Assembly: GCA_964035545.1 (NCBI GenBank)
Contig: OZ037768.1
Span: forward strand, 21,373,700-21,437,699
Length of the DNA: 64,000 nucleotides
DNA from: Bugula neritina
Taxonomy: Eukaryota > Animalia > Bryozoa
Direction: 5' to 3'
Position 1 is the first letter of the stretch. Each line of letters opens with the position of its first letter. Of the stretch, positions 13,360-28,300 are shown piece by piece. Position numbers and translations under genes: made by a program. Below the pieces are notes generated by a model. The model saw only the letters and a program-made list of their open reading frames with translations, ran no database searches and had not been told where the DNA came from.

Positions 13360-16300
13360 ATACTGCTACTACTGCTACTACTGCTACTGCTGCTACTACT
13401 GCTACTACTACTACTACTTGTACTACTACTACTACTACTGCTACTGCTACTGCTACTGCTACTACTGCTACTACTACTACTGCTACTGCTACTACTGCTG
13501 CTACTGCTACTACTGCTACTACCGCTACTGCCGCTACTGCCGCTACTGCCGCTACTGCCACGTTTCTTGTTATTATTTATGTTACCAATATTCCAGCTCT
13601 AACAGACATGTACTGATGGCTGGTTTGTTACACCAGGAAGAGAGGTGAGGGGGTGTGGCATAGATATCTCTAACACATCCTCCAATTGCTTCATGCTAAC
13701 TTCTAACTTTGCAGATAACTCACTAAAGATCTACTAGAAAATTAGTTTTTCTACACACTTAAACTTTTAATTCTATAATGTTTCAGGTTCTTATAATCAT
13801 CATTAAATTTCAAATTCGTATTTTGCTAACTTAAGATTTAGATTGTAATTTTGTGTTAAAAAAAACAAAAATTGAATTTTTTTTTTATCGACAACTATTG
13901 CTTTACGTTCATTAGACTGACTGCAATGTAATATTGCGGAATATTTTGTTTGAAAATTAAAATATAGACTGTAGAGATAGATATGCTATTGTAATAATAT
14001 AACCAGTTTACTTAATAAGCCTAGGGCCACACTGTGCGTATTTTCGCATGCGAAAATTGAAATCACAAGTAGCAAAGGTGTCCACTGTACCCGTTGAGAA
14101 AACATTCGCACTTGTCGCTCAGCATTCTCAACGCAAGTGCGAATCGTCTCTGTCGTCGTCACCTAATTGGCTGGTAGTTATTCAGCGAGCTCAATTTCTT
14201 TATTTTAGTGCTACATTCCAGTATATTGCGTTTTATTGAAAGCGAGTGCAATTTAAAAATGAAAGCTTTGTTTATCACGCATCACTGACGCTACAGTCGA
14301 CACCTTTGCTACGCGTGGTTTCAATTTTCGCATGCGAAAATACGCACAGTGTGGCCCTAGGCTAACAAAGCAGTCGTGATGAGCAGTGATGTGTTAAATT
14401 TTATATTGAGTGGGCAACTCCTAATTAATCTGAAACTGCTTGTTCACTAACAGCTGTGAAATACACACTGCACGAAATAAAATCTACTTTTGGTAGAAAA
14501 ATGACTTTGTATGATTTTCACACAAGGGCCTCTCTATTAAAACTGACCTTTCTCTAACCTCTACTGTGTATCACATCTGAGATATCATAGTCAAGTAATC
14601 TGTTGAAGAAGTATCCATGCCCGAACACAATGAAGATTGCGGGTGGCATTAGCAAATCTCCGTTGCTACAACAGCTTATGTACTTGGTGCACGGGCTACA
14701 AATACTATGTATAGGGAATTGCTTGAAACAGCACTGAGTTTGGGGAAAAGGTTCTCCAGTTTGAAGTTGGAGGTTGGAAGTTCAGACAAAAATACACTCC
14801 AACTTGGTGCTGCTTCTAGCAATATCCCTTTATATATTCTCTCCGCAGAGTTTTCAACTCACAGCCTTCTTACTTACAGGTTGAAAAGTAGACAGAAGAG
14901 TCGAAACCCTTTGGTCCTCTCAACGGACGAGATGTCTGTACACCGTCCCGGTACTGCTGCTGGCTCTAAGTCTATGACTCAGAAAGAGTTTGCTAAATAT
15001 GTCGGTCTTTTGCCCTCCGTTGGAAGTCAAGGTGTTTATCTTTCGATTTGTTTGTTTGTATCTGATGTAAGGGTGATACCTTCTTGTGTCGGTGATAGAA
15101 TCAGTTCTTATTACTGTGTTTAGTAGTCTGTGTGTGTATGTAATGTATTTTATAGAGTAATAAATTGTTAACTACAAACATTGCCTTAAAATCGCACTGA
15201 AGAACTGTATACAAGTATATCTTTATACATGTACACCTGTAGATTTAGACAATTGCAATGACAGTGCAATCAGTTTAGTATCAATATAGTTTAAATTAAA
15301 AAGTAACATATCAACTGTTTTGTGGATAAACTTTCTGTGAAAAGGAAAAGCACATGGTGTGTTTAAAAATGTATGGATCACTGAAGTTGTGTTTTGCTAG
15401 TGTCAAACAGACCCAAGACTGAAGGACAATCTCGACTGCCACTGATATCTTCAGTAAACGGTCAAGAACCTTTGATCTCTTCAGTTGAGGAACCGGACAA
15501 ACTAAGTCATAGTCAACCAGGTAAACATAAGCTCCACACAGTAACTTCAGTGGCCAGCCACACAAGTTTGAGTTCAACTAGCTGCGCACGTGCCCAGTGT
15601 GGGTCACCACTACTAAACTAGCTCTGTTGATAGATAACCTATGAAAGGATGCCATGAGTTACATTTTTTAGTATTTATTTTGTTTTAAAATTTTAAGTCA
15701 TTCATTTTTTATGGTTTGAGTCAAAAATAGATGAAATACTGCATTTTTGAGGCAATTGAAATTAATTAAACTTTTCAAACAGAATACTTTTATTAAATGA
15801 ACTAGTAGTAAATCTCGAATATACCCTTTATACTTTATAGCCTGAGTATCTGCTATATCTACAATGCAAATTGCTATAATTGTATGACAGTAATTTGGTG
15901 TATGGCGTGATGTTGTATATGCACTCTAACTGGTTTAGTTTTTAGCAATGTAGTATGTGGGTGCGTGAAGAGATAGAATAATATAGTTGTTGTAACTTGC
16001 TTTGGCAATAAGATTGTCGGCAAAAAAGTTTTTTTTTTAAAATTTACAATGTTTTAGAAATGATTTTCTTAAACTGTGATTGTTTGATTTAAACTGCATT
16101 GTGAGTATAATAATGTAAATGTACTGAACTCTCGCACACATATTTTTACCTGCAGTCATGAAGCCCGCAGTGAATGGTACTCACACATCTACTACGGCTA
16201 TGGTGGAAACTAAAGACTCCAGTCATCAGTTTGAGTGCGTAGAAAATGAACACAGCTGTGAGGAGCTAGCTGTTCTGTCTGTTGAATTCCCTCCCTGGTA

Positions 16301-19300
16301 CTTTTCAACTCACGGACTTTCTAGACCCGCTACACCTAATGAACAAGATCTACCCAGGTATGAAGGATATCAGAGTGTGTTGTAAAAAGGAATAGATGTG
16401 ATGGTATGATGTGCTGCATGGGCACCGAATTAGACTAAATTGCTCAGAAATAGTGTTTGCAAGCATTTAGTTGAACTTTTGCAAAACACTTTTGTTACAA
16501 CCATGTTCTATACACACGTTTATTACCATTTTAGCGAGTTTCTATTTGTTTTAGTTGTTATTCGTCAAACTGTTTCAAACTCATATTTGTTATAATTCAA
16601 AAATTTAAATGGAACTGAAATATATTAAGCTGCCGTAGGTTCAAGGTAATTTAGTGTATTTTTGTAATTTTTTCTTTGCCTGCCTCAAATAGTTTAAAAA
16701 TTATCTAGTAGTGTTTTGTTATGCTAAGGTTGCACATAATTTCTAATGATGTTCTAACAGCACATAAAATTCTTCAAAATATGGCTTTAAAAAGTTGTAA
16801 AATGTTTTAATGAGTTTTATATTAAAAGACACAATTAAGTATATTGTCGTACATATAAGTATGAATACAATATGTATTTTATGTTTTACAGTTAAAAATT
16901 TTGCAGGATGTAAATTTAGCATAACTGTTATGGATGCTATTAGGGTCATAGAATGCTTTACTATCAATATAATTGGATTTGTTGTAGAATGTATTCTATA
17001 TATCTATACTATAAATTTAATTGTAGAATGTATTTAATATATTCATACTATAAATATAGTTCTACAACCTGTTCTATATATCCATCTTATAGATACTACC
17101 AGATATGTGAGAAAGCTCTAGAAACAGACGTGGTGGCTCCCTTACAGACACACTGGATAGAGTCAATGTATCAGTATATACCCAAACATCTCCTCACCAA
17201 CTTCCCTTCTGCTACGGAGGATTTCCTTCAGGTTGCATAACGTTATATTATTACTTATTGAGTTATATTTATGTGTTAGGTGTTACAATACTGTCTTAGT
17301 TAGTATACGGTAGTTATCTGCAATGTATAATACATGTTCAAATGTACCAATATGCTGCTGAGAATTTTCTTCAGGATGTATCATGGTATATAATTAGTTT
17401 TACTTGTTATAGTTATATTATAAAATGCAACAGTAGCTATTGTAATATTAGCAGTAGCTACCTGCAATGTATGATAGTGAATATGAAGTTTAAATCTTTA
17501 ATCTTTGTTTGTTCTACTAACAATTTTAGAATTCCCATAGTTCTTGGCTTCCTTCAATATCTCAATGCATGTATTTCAATACGCAAGGCCTCAAACTAAT
17601 TTGTATCATTGACGGAATCCTTTTATTAATTTGATCTTTTGGAACTGTCTTTTTAGTTAGGCAGTTATTTTTAAAATCAAGTATAAATATGTAATTATAA
17701 ATAAAGATTATGCCTGTATCTTCATAAAGGTTTGTTCTCTGTAAGCAGCCATATTTGTGTCCTGAAATTGTAAGACTTATTTGATAACAGGAAATGAAGG
17801 ATGACTACAACTTTGCCGTTAGAAGAGCCATCCTAGACTATGTTCTCTTAGACAAAGAGGAGCAAGACAGGGTGGGTGTTAACCTACCTCCTAAACCTTC
17901 ACACTGTGCTGGAAGGTTTGAATTCCCTTGGCAAGATAGAATGGAAGACATGAGAGAGTTTATGGCTAACCAAGTGTACACAACTCACCCTGTGCTAATA
18001 CAGCTGCTCAATCACTATGAGAAAAAGTAAGTATTGGTTCACTTTTATTGTAATTAAAAGGTATTTTGGGCGTATCTCATTGATTTTAGTCATATCTATG
18101 CAATTTTCCTGTTTGCATTTGCCATTTCTATTTTCCTTGTGGTTAGAGACAATACAGTTTGATCAGCACCTGCAGTATACTTGTACTAATTAGTAAGTTG
18201 ATATGGAAAATACTATTTACCTAAAATACTGGTAAAGTATGTTAAAACTATTAAAGAAAATAATTTTGTTTTAAAAAAGTTCATTTCCTGCTTCTCATTG
18301 ATTAGATTTTAACCATGTCAAAAACAGCTGTCACTGTGATTATAAAAGTAATATCAGATAAGAAGATTGTTTTTATGGAAAATTTATTTTATTTTTATTT
18401 ATTTTTATTTGCAACATGAGAAATTAGGGCATTTTGAAGGTCATGTGACTTGATAAACACGTTGTCTTTGTTCTGCTACACAGTTATGCTGACTTTCGGC
18501 TGGTGGACATCAAGAAATTGATAAAGTCAATACCTCTAACGATGGAATCTCTGATTAAACTAATGAAGGAGTCATGTGACAGCGCTACATCTGCACTCAA
18601 TCAGAAGTGGATCAGCGAGTGCTGTGCCATCATCAATGATAACCGGGAGAGGATAGAGGACTGGATGCCTCATGACACAGTCAGTTCTTTAATTACTCAC
18701 ATAGTATTTGCACTTATAGGCAAAGTTGTCATTTTCACTCCGCTCAAGAATACACAATTGGTTTAACATTCCTATTGGAAATGTAGCCAATTCAATGTGC
18801 TGAGAACTTCTCGTGATAGTCATTTGCTAAATTCCAGACTCTGGAGAAAAATAGCTTTTGCGTTTCACTTTCGTGCCGTGACTTTGTTTAGTAAAGATGA
18901 ATCTTAAATTAATAAATCATAGTGATGCGTGAATGGTAGTAAATATAAAAGTATATCTATACTACCTGTTTGGGTATATTTTATTGTCTTTTTATTGCAA
19001 ATTTTTTCCAATACTGTGAGATCAACAAGTGAACATTTGATCATTTCCTAAAAATGGTAAATGCTCATTCCTTAGCAAGTAACCTTTTTCACTGGTTGTT
19101 AGAGTCAGGTTAGCAGGTCACCCCCTCCCCCCACTGTTTTCCGGCTCTCAGAGTAAGCTCTTGTGTGTTGTATAGGTAACTCGTGCTGAGAAAATGGATG
19201 AGTTCTTCAACTGTGTGGCGTCCCTGATGTCTGACTTGGTACGTAGAACTGTGGAGAGATCATTGAGAGACCTGGTAGACATGATGGAGACGTACGCAGA

Positions 19301-22300
19301 CGGTAATAATTACGAGGGTGACTACCACATCTTCAGGGGGTTGGCTGTGCCTCAGCTGAAGCAGCTTTGCACCATCTTCCTTGTAAGTGGAACTGAATAT
19401 GTTTGTAGGTTATGTGGAGTATAGGTGATAGTAACATAGTAAAATATAGTACTTCTGATTGTTTACAGGTGTTATAAAATTTGAATACTAAAGACTTACT
19501 AAAAGTGTATTTACTTTTTTCAAGTTGTTGTTTCATGTTTTTTTTATTGACTTTCGGTTTTAAAATACCTTCTATTTTCAAAATGCCTTCTAATGACAAC
19601 TTTGGAAGAAAAATTGCTGATTTATATTATTACATCAAAAGCAGCAACAGCAGCGGCAGCTACTATTTGATAAGTTTTCGGGTCATTTCACTCTTTTATA
19701 TGGAAAGCTTCATGCTGATACTGAATAAGAACTCGTTTGTTGGAAGTTTGAATTCTTCAGATTCTAGAAGTTACCATCATATCACATCATGTGCCAACTC
19801 TTATACAGGTAGCAGACTATGAGAAAGAGCAAGTGATGATAAGTCCATCCAGTGAAGATTTTATTACTGCCATGGAAGAGCTGATAGATTACATAGTCAA
19901 GAGTGTCTGCGATCTTCCCAGACTCGAAACTCTTCTCTTTCAACGTTGGTGCCTCAGAATCTTCTTGATTTTTGTTTTTCATAAATTAGATTTTCAGCAT
20001 TTTTTCAACCTATTTTTTTTAACTCACCTTCCTTTTATTCTAAATCTTTTGAATTTTGAAAACAGTTTTTAATGTGTATGTATAGCTCAGCATATGTTCG
20101 ATTTTGGCACTTTTATTTAATGGGTAATCATTTTTAGTAGTAATTAGAGAGGGAATGTACGTGTATTTTGTAGCTGTGGACGGTTTAAAGTCGAAGCGAA
20201 TCAGCTCTGTGCAGCTTCATGAAGAAGTAGTTCTGTCCGCTAAAGCTGCCATCAAGAAGGTTCTGGAAGCCAACCATCTCGGCCCTTCCAAGTAAGTAGT
20301 ATATGCCTCAATTATTCTGAGTATTGTTAAATATAGTAGTCATGTCTAATATAGTAATTAAAATAAAATAACCCAAATGGTTTTGTGCAATTTTTTCAGT
20401 TGTAAGTGCCAAGTTTTTTCAACGAAATAAGTGGTCTTAAACATATCTTATTGTTGCTATCAATTATTAAAAAGAAATAAAACCTGCTGTGCAGCAAAAT
20501 AAGCAGTTACTAATCAGTACTAAGATATAGCATAGCTCTTCATGTTGTACTATTTAGTTTAAATAAAAAAACTCACGCAAGTTTATAGTCGCTATCCCTG
20601 TGAGAAACCCCTGATGGAAAGGGTTTTTGTTAAAGCGGGCTAAGGACTTATTTAAATGAGGCACAGGAGCAATTATGACTGGATGCTCTTCCTAACATCA
20701 CCAACTGCCTTTGTCCGGGCTCGAACCCATGACCTCGTGTTTACTAGGCAGACACTCTAACCCCTAGACCACGGCTGCTCTATTACTATTTAGTTGAAAT
20801 AGTTGATTGTATAATATAGATGGTTGAATGTATGATGTAGGTATGTGTCAATATATGAGCCGTACCAATACCTCCTGACTAAGCATGCAGACGACACTAT
20901 TAACAAGTATATAAGTAAAGGGCGGTCACTGCGAGAGTTTATCAAGGAGATAGAGAGACTGAAGGACATGGCGCATAAGATATGCTGCCTGCCACCGTAT
21001 GCTCCTATGCACTTCTACCTGGTGGACTGCACAAGGTTACATCAGGTGTGTAGTGTGTGTTGAATATTGAGATCTGTTATAAAGTATCGTACATGTAATA
21101 TATGTGGGCATGTAATACGTGTAGCAATTGATAGAGGAAGACGGAAATTGCTTTAACAACTGCTAGAGCTGCTGTGTTATGCACCTTTTACTGATTCAGT
21201 AATGGATAATATTTTAGTAATGTACATACCGCAGTGTTGACCTGTTTTTAAAGTCTTTTAAATAGAAGGATATGCATGGCATGGTGTACATATTATGTGA
21301 GCACATTGTTTAATAATGTTAATTGCATATAAACTTCAAAATTCAGGCTGTTGCATACTGCATAGCATTTGTTCAGCTCATAGTTAATTATGTTTGTGCT
21401 GTCTTGTAAGTTTTACTCACCCAAATAGCTCTGTTATTTTGTCATAACAACCTAACAGATGCAGTGCGCTGTACCATAACAACAGCAAGGCTATGCGCAC
21501 ACAGTGTATAAGCTACTGTAACATACTCTCTTGTTTTGTTGACCAGTCCTTAGAGTCGAGATGTAAAACTCTGTTTGGGAGACTCATAGAAGATGTAGTT
21601 GAGAGGAGTCGTAAGTTTAATAAAGGTGAGTTTAGTCAGTTGTATTGTTGTATTACATTACTATATATTATATTTTTATATTGCGTTATTTTATTTTATA
21701 CTATGTCATCTTATATTCTAATATGATAGTTGTATTAAGCTATGCTATAATATATTATTATTATTACCATTATGTTTTTTTTTTTCACCTAGACGGTTGT
21801 AGTCCTGTATTTCACTATGTATATTGTAATATATTATACTATATTATATTACAATATGTTTCAATGTATTATCTTATATCGTACTATATTTTATTTTATT
21901 ACACTACATTATACTATATAAGATTTTATTATATTGTAATGCATTATATTTTCTATTATATTTGTATTATATTCTCTTGTATTATATTTGTATTATATTC
22001 TCTTGTATTATATGGTACTATATTATAGTATAGTAATATATATTATGTAATATATACAGGCATATGCGACTCGTATGACACGATAGTCAAGGTCATCACC
22101 GAAGTACCGGAAGATACAACAAAACTAGTCAAACTGATCAAATATGTTGAAGATCTGGACGACAAAGACTTCTTAGTCATCAAGGTATCAGTTTATAGTC
22201 ACCATGGTGTCATTTTATAGTCATCAAGGTGTCAGTTTATAGTCATCAAGGTATCAGTTTATAGTCACCATGGTGTCATTTTATAGTCATCAAGGTGTCA

Positions 22301-25300
22301 GTTTATAGTCGTCAAGGTATCAGCTTTCCACATTTCATGTACATGTATAGCACAGTGTATGTATAGCATGATATGTATAGCGTAGTATGTATGTATAGCA
22401 CAGTGTATATATAGCACAGTATATGTATAGCATAGTATGTGTATAGCACAATGTATGTATAGCACAGTGTATGTATAGCACAGTGTATGTATAGCATAGT
22501 ATGTATGTATAGCACAGTATGTATATATAGCACAGTGTATGTATAGCACAGTAGGTATGTATAGCACAGTATGTATGTATAGCACAGTGTATGTATAGCA
22601 CAGTGTATGTATAGCACAGTGTATATCAATGAACTGGTTGCAGCAAAAGCTGGAGGTGGCGTCCCAGAACCTGCTCTTCCTCATGGATTACGCCCTGCTC
22701 AGTGACTCAGACATCATCAGTAACAACACCACCTTCAGGTGGAGCAACAAGATCACCGCTATTGTTAAAAACAGGTGAGTTACTTATTAGCTCTGCCAGT
22801 TCTGTTCTATTCTTGGTGTATGTTTTTATTTTCTGGAGTCCTAAAGTTTTGATCTAGTTTCATTAGATGCTGTTGGAAATTTTATTGACCATGGTTCATA
22901 AGTTTAAACTTGGCAGATAGAGTTTAGTATAGCACCCTTTGTCAGCTTATAATGTGGGCCACCATTTGTTTTGAATGTTCAAAACTAGTTCATTCAAGTT
23001 GATAGTTTCAATATTTATTCATGTTATTGTAGCGAGGGACAACTACAGAAACAGTTTGATGCGTGTGTCTCACGTCTCACTAAAACTAAGAAAAAGTTCT
23101 ACGAAAGAATCGACGTGGTGGCCAAACGAATCAAAGATTTCTCCTCAAAGTCAAACATGTCAGATGCTGAGACTCATGTTAAAGAGTTGGATGACATTCA
23201 GCAGGAGCTGGACAGCCTGAATGCTGAGGTGAGAGATGACAAGACTATTAGTATATGACTATGTTATGGGAATGTGTTTCAGCGTCACAAGAGTTATTGT
23301 CTCCTGATGAAACTTTTAAATATAGTCACTCAAGGTTGATTTTTTTGTGCTGCCAGTTTGTTGATAATTTTATTACATGTCACGTTATAGCTCCTTGTAC
23401 TTTTAGGTTTAAATTGAATTTATAAAAGTAATAAGGAATGTTCTAGAAGTAGTAATAAGGACGAAGCCGTGGTCTAGGGGTTAGTTTGTTGGCTTAATAA
23501 ACCCAAGGTCATGGGTTCGATTGCCAGTAATGGCTATTTGTGATGTTAAGAAGAGCATCCAGTTGTAATTTCTCATGTACCACATATGAATAAGCCCGCT
23601 TAAAAAAAGACTTTCTATTAGGAGGTTCTTACAAAACTATAGACTTGCTTAAGTTCTAGAAATGAAATAATAATGTTGTTAACAGAAAATGAGAATAAAC
23701 CGTGAAGAGTCTCTACTAAACCTGGAGTCGCAGGCTAACGACTTCATACTCAACGACTTGGCGGCAAGAAAAGAGCCGTTTGACAAACTGTGGAGCAACG
23801 CCGTGTACTTCCACCAGCAACATGAGAAGTGGATGAGTGGACCTCTGCTTCAGGTCAATGCTGAAGAGGTTGAAGAAGAAGTAAGTCAGCTTTCTGTCAA
23901 GTTTATCTGCTAGATGTACTCTCCTGTTAAGTACATACCCTAGATCTACCCAATTAGGTGTTTCTATTAAATCTATGTGACCTTATTTTGATCTTGTCTC
24001 ACAATTTGGGGTAGCAATGTCGGATGTGAATGTTTGTAATAAGATATAGCCATGTGTTTAATTTATATTTAGCAGTCATGTTATTTATTCTCAGTTACAA
24101 CAAGCAGACAATGGTTTCTGTTTGCATATTTGTAGTTGAAGTTTCTGTCATTTCCCTCAACTTTGTATGCTTATAATTTAAGATTACACTAGGGTTATCA
24201 TGGCAGTTACCAACGCTGGGCTAGCCTTGTTGTATATTCTGGGCTGTACATTTATACTGGTGATATACTGTTTCTAACTGTTGAACTGCTCTGTTTTATA
24301 AAATATAAGAGGTGCTGTCACTCAAGCGTAGCACCTGATAGTTGATTCTTGTAACTGTATATATAGATTGTCAACACTCACTGATACATATTATGCTAGA
24401 CTAGGGTATAGTATGCTAGAGTAGGGTATATTATGCTAGAGTAGGGTATATTATGCTAGAGTAGGGTATATTATGCTAGAGTAGGGTATAGTATGCTAAA
24501 GTAGGGTATAGTATGCTAAAGTAGGGTATAGTATGCTAGAGTAGGGTATAGTATACTAGAGTAGGGTATAGTATACTAGAGTAGGGTATAGTATACTAGA
24601 GTAGGGTATAGTATACTAGAGTAGGGTATAGTATGCTAGAGTAGGGTATAGTATACTAGAGTAGAGTATAGTATAGTAGAGTATAGTATGCTAGAGTAGA
24701 GTATATTATACTAGAGTAGGGTATAGTATACTAGAGTAGGGTATAGTATACTAGAGTAGGGTATAGTATACTAGAGTAGAGTATAGTATGCTAGAGTAGG
24801 GTATAGTATACTATAGTAGGGTATAGTATGCTGGAGTAGGGTATAGTATACTAGAGTAGAGTATAGTATGCTAGAGTAGGGTATAGTATACTATAGTAGG
24901 GTATAGTATGCTAGAGTAGGGTATAGTATACTAGAGTAGGGTATAGTATACTAGAGTAGGGTATATTATGCTAGAGTAGGGTATAGTATACTAGAGTAGA
25001 GTATAGTATAGTAGAGTATAGTATGCTAGAGTAGAGTATATTATACTAGAGTAGGGTATAGTATACTAGAGTAGGGTATAGTATACTAGAGTAGAGTATA
25101 GTATGCTAGAGTAGGGTATAGTATACTAGCGTGTTGAAGATATTGTGGGTGTGTTTAGGTCCAGAATCTGTGGAGGACAGCATACAAACTGACCAAACAG
25201 TTCCACCAGCCAGAGTTCAGGTACCCTCTGAAGGCGTCCCGAACTATAAAGCAGAAGCTGGAGACATTCAAGATAAACATGCCTTTAATTACCTGCCTGT

Positions 25301-28300
25301 GTAATCCCGGGCTAAAAGATAGACACTGGGATATGATGAGTGAAAAGGTACCTCCAGTTTCTTTTTGTTTACAATGTTGATGTCCCCCAAAGAAGAGAAC
25401 AACTCCATGTTTTAGGAATATTTTGAATTTTAGAAGTGCAAAACTCTTATTAATATATTAGGTTATCATAGCTAGGCACAGTGACAAGCTGAATGTGTTG
25501 TTAAAGAGAAGTTACCTGCTCTTTAGTCAGACACAATCACTTTTAGGAGTTTTCTTATCTTGAATGGGCTAGCATATGCATTAGTGCATTGTGTACTTAT
25601 AAGGTGTGCATTGTGTGTGTAGGTTGGACACAATTTGAAGCCACAAGAAGACACACCTCTCTCAGACATGCTGGGACTCAACCTGGAGAAACACTTGGAA
25701 GAACTGAACGCCATCAGCGCTCAGGTGAGTGGCAGACGTCTCCCCATGCTGCTCCACAGTTGTGGTATAAAACTCGAAAAAATGATGAAAAATCGAAAAA
25801 CTAGTTTATAGGAGAAGTTGTAGCAGTATGTGAGTACTAATAACTTCATAGGAGCACTACTGACTGTATGTGAGTTCTACTTATAGTAAGCGAATAGTAC
25901 TAACAGTAAGTGAGCACTACTGACAGTTAGTGAGTAGTACTGGCAGTATGTGAGTAGTACTGACAGTAAGTAAGCACTACTAACAGTAAGTGAGTACCAC
26001 TGTGTACTGTTTGCAGGCCAGTAAGGAGTTTGCCCTAGAGAATGCTCTGAAGAAGATGAGGAAAGACTGGGAGAACATGTTCTTCACCTTTATACCTTAC
26101 AAGGAGACTGGAGTCAGCATTCTGTCAGCTTTTGATGACATACAGGTAAGATATAGGTAGAGGATGACATACAGGTAAGGAGTGTAGGATAACATACAGG
26201 TAGGAAATGCCGGTGGAGCTCATGTATTAGCCTCTTGATGTAGCTATTGGTTCTTTCTAAACATTATTATGATTTTGCTATGGGATACAATAATTTATGG
26301 TTATACATGTAAAATTATATTAATATTTGTGCAATGTGCTATAGTAATTCAGTATTGTAATTTTATTACGGTGATGCATGCAGGTTTTGCTGGATGACCA
26401 CATTGTCAAGGCCACGACAATGAAAGGCTCTCCATTCATCGCACCCTTTGAACAGGAAATCAATGAGTGGGATTTAAAACTGGTAAGTGATGAGTCATGT
26501 GTTATTCTCGACAGTGTCTTGCATTGTATAAGTTATAAATACGTGTTGTGGCCCTAGGCCTATATTTCTTTAATTGTCATGTTATTCTATTACTGGTGTG
26601 CTTTGATTTTTATATATTGTTTTTATATATTACATTGCTATACTTGTAATGCAAGAAACTTATTATATTTTTTGTATATTTGAGATATTTCTCAGATAGT
26701 ATGGATTAAGTTGACGGTGTTGTAATTTGTAAGGATAAAAACATGCTGTTAGATTAAGATGTCCTTATTTTAAAAGAGCATTTCATAATATAATTATGTG
26801 TAGGAAATTTGTAATGTTATGTATTATAGTTATATGTAATGTTATTAAATATGATATTTTAGAGATAGTTTTTTTACAATAGATTATTCCTCAGATATTT
26901 TTCTCAAACCTGCATTTCTTCCCATACACATGCCACCTGTTGTTGGCTGTCACTTTTTGACATGACACCAGTTTGTATGTGTCATTTGTTCTTTGTTACC
27001 ACAGAAACGTATGAGAGATATCTTAGAGTCATGGCTAAAGGTGCAGGCGGCGTGGCTTTACCTTGAACCTATTTTTGGCTCGGCTGATATTCGTAGGCAG
27101 ATTCCAGTTGAGGGGAAAATGTTTGAAGAGGTGGACAACCACTGGTGAGATACTCCCCCCCCCTCTATAATAGTTATCAGAATCATTCCTAAATAGTATT
27201 AGGTGTATGAAAGCAATGACTACCTCCCTAGATGATGTTAGTTGATACATTTTGTATTTCTAGCTGCTGAAGTTCTCAATTCTTATGTTTAAACGTAATC
27301 AAAATAATTAGTTCGAGGTTCTTTCAGTTATTTTTTAACTTTAGAATTGTCATAACTTGTTTTCACAACATGAGAAAAGTTGCTCAACGAAACTGTTTTA
27401 ATGGCATTGCCCTTTATTCTACTTTAATGTAATTTCTCATTTTATTCTATCAAATATTTAAATTATTGTTTTGTATCTTATAGAAGGTTTAAGGTGCTCT
27501 ATATGTCTTGACTTTAAACAATGAAAACACCGATTACTCTTCTTTTCATAAAGAACAAGAAAACAAATTGTCTAGAAAAATTGTTATTCTATTTGTTTGT
27601 TTCATGATTAAATTGGTTGGTACCCATTGCAAATCATGGAAAAAGAGATTTTCTTCTTGCAAAAACTAGATATTAAGGCTATTGATTACCAAGCTTCACA
27701 CACATGTATATCAACTTTTTTACCAATTTATTATTATTACATTTAATAGTAACAGTAACTGTTATAACAGCGACTTAATCCTGCACTGACTAAGATATCA
27801 CTGGGATAAGCTGTGTTGTACTGAAACAGTATATTGCAGGAGAACTATAATGGAGAATGCAATAGCAGACACTAAGGCTCTGGTTGTCGTCTCGCAAGAT
27901 CAGATGCTGGAGAAGCTACAGAACTCTGAGGCTATGCTAGACGACATCAACAAAGGTCTAAACAACTACTTGGAGAAGAAGAGACTTTTCTTTCCCAGGT
28001 ATTGACGAGCACAGTCATAGAGTATAGAGTCTATTTCTCATGATACAGTTATATTACTCATTATGCCTCTTAGTACACTCAGTCATACTTGATTTGCTTT
28101 TCACAGGTTCTTTTTTCTGTCTAACGATGAGTTGCTTGAGATCCTATCTGAAACAAAGGATCCTTTGAGGGTGCAGCCCCACCTGAAGAAATGTTTCGAG
28201 GGTATAGCCCAGCTGACCTTCAACTCTGACACCATCATCACTGCCATGCAGTCGGCGGAGGAGGAACAAGTTCAGTTCTGTCAGACAATCAATCCGGCTG

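Noticed and set aside
13148-13648. Poly-Y/T/L/V ORFs in several frames
   Set aside because: Translations of an intronic trinucleotide microsatellite; the real exons are 13103-13196 and 13597-13644.
20700-20780. tRNA gene
   Set aside because: No complementary acceptor stem; continues into a shared repeat body with a TSD, so it is a SINE head.
22298-22684. Three minus-strand ORFs (HCAIHTLCY repeats)
   Set aside because: Minisatellite translation artefacts.
24388-25129. CRISPR-like regular array
   Set aside because: Contiguous tandem units without unique spacers, no cas genes, eukaryotic intron.
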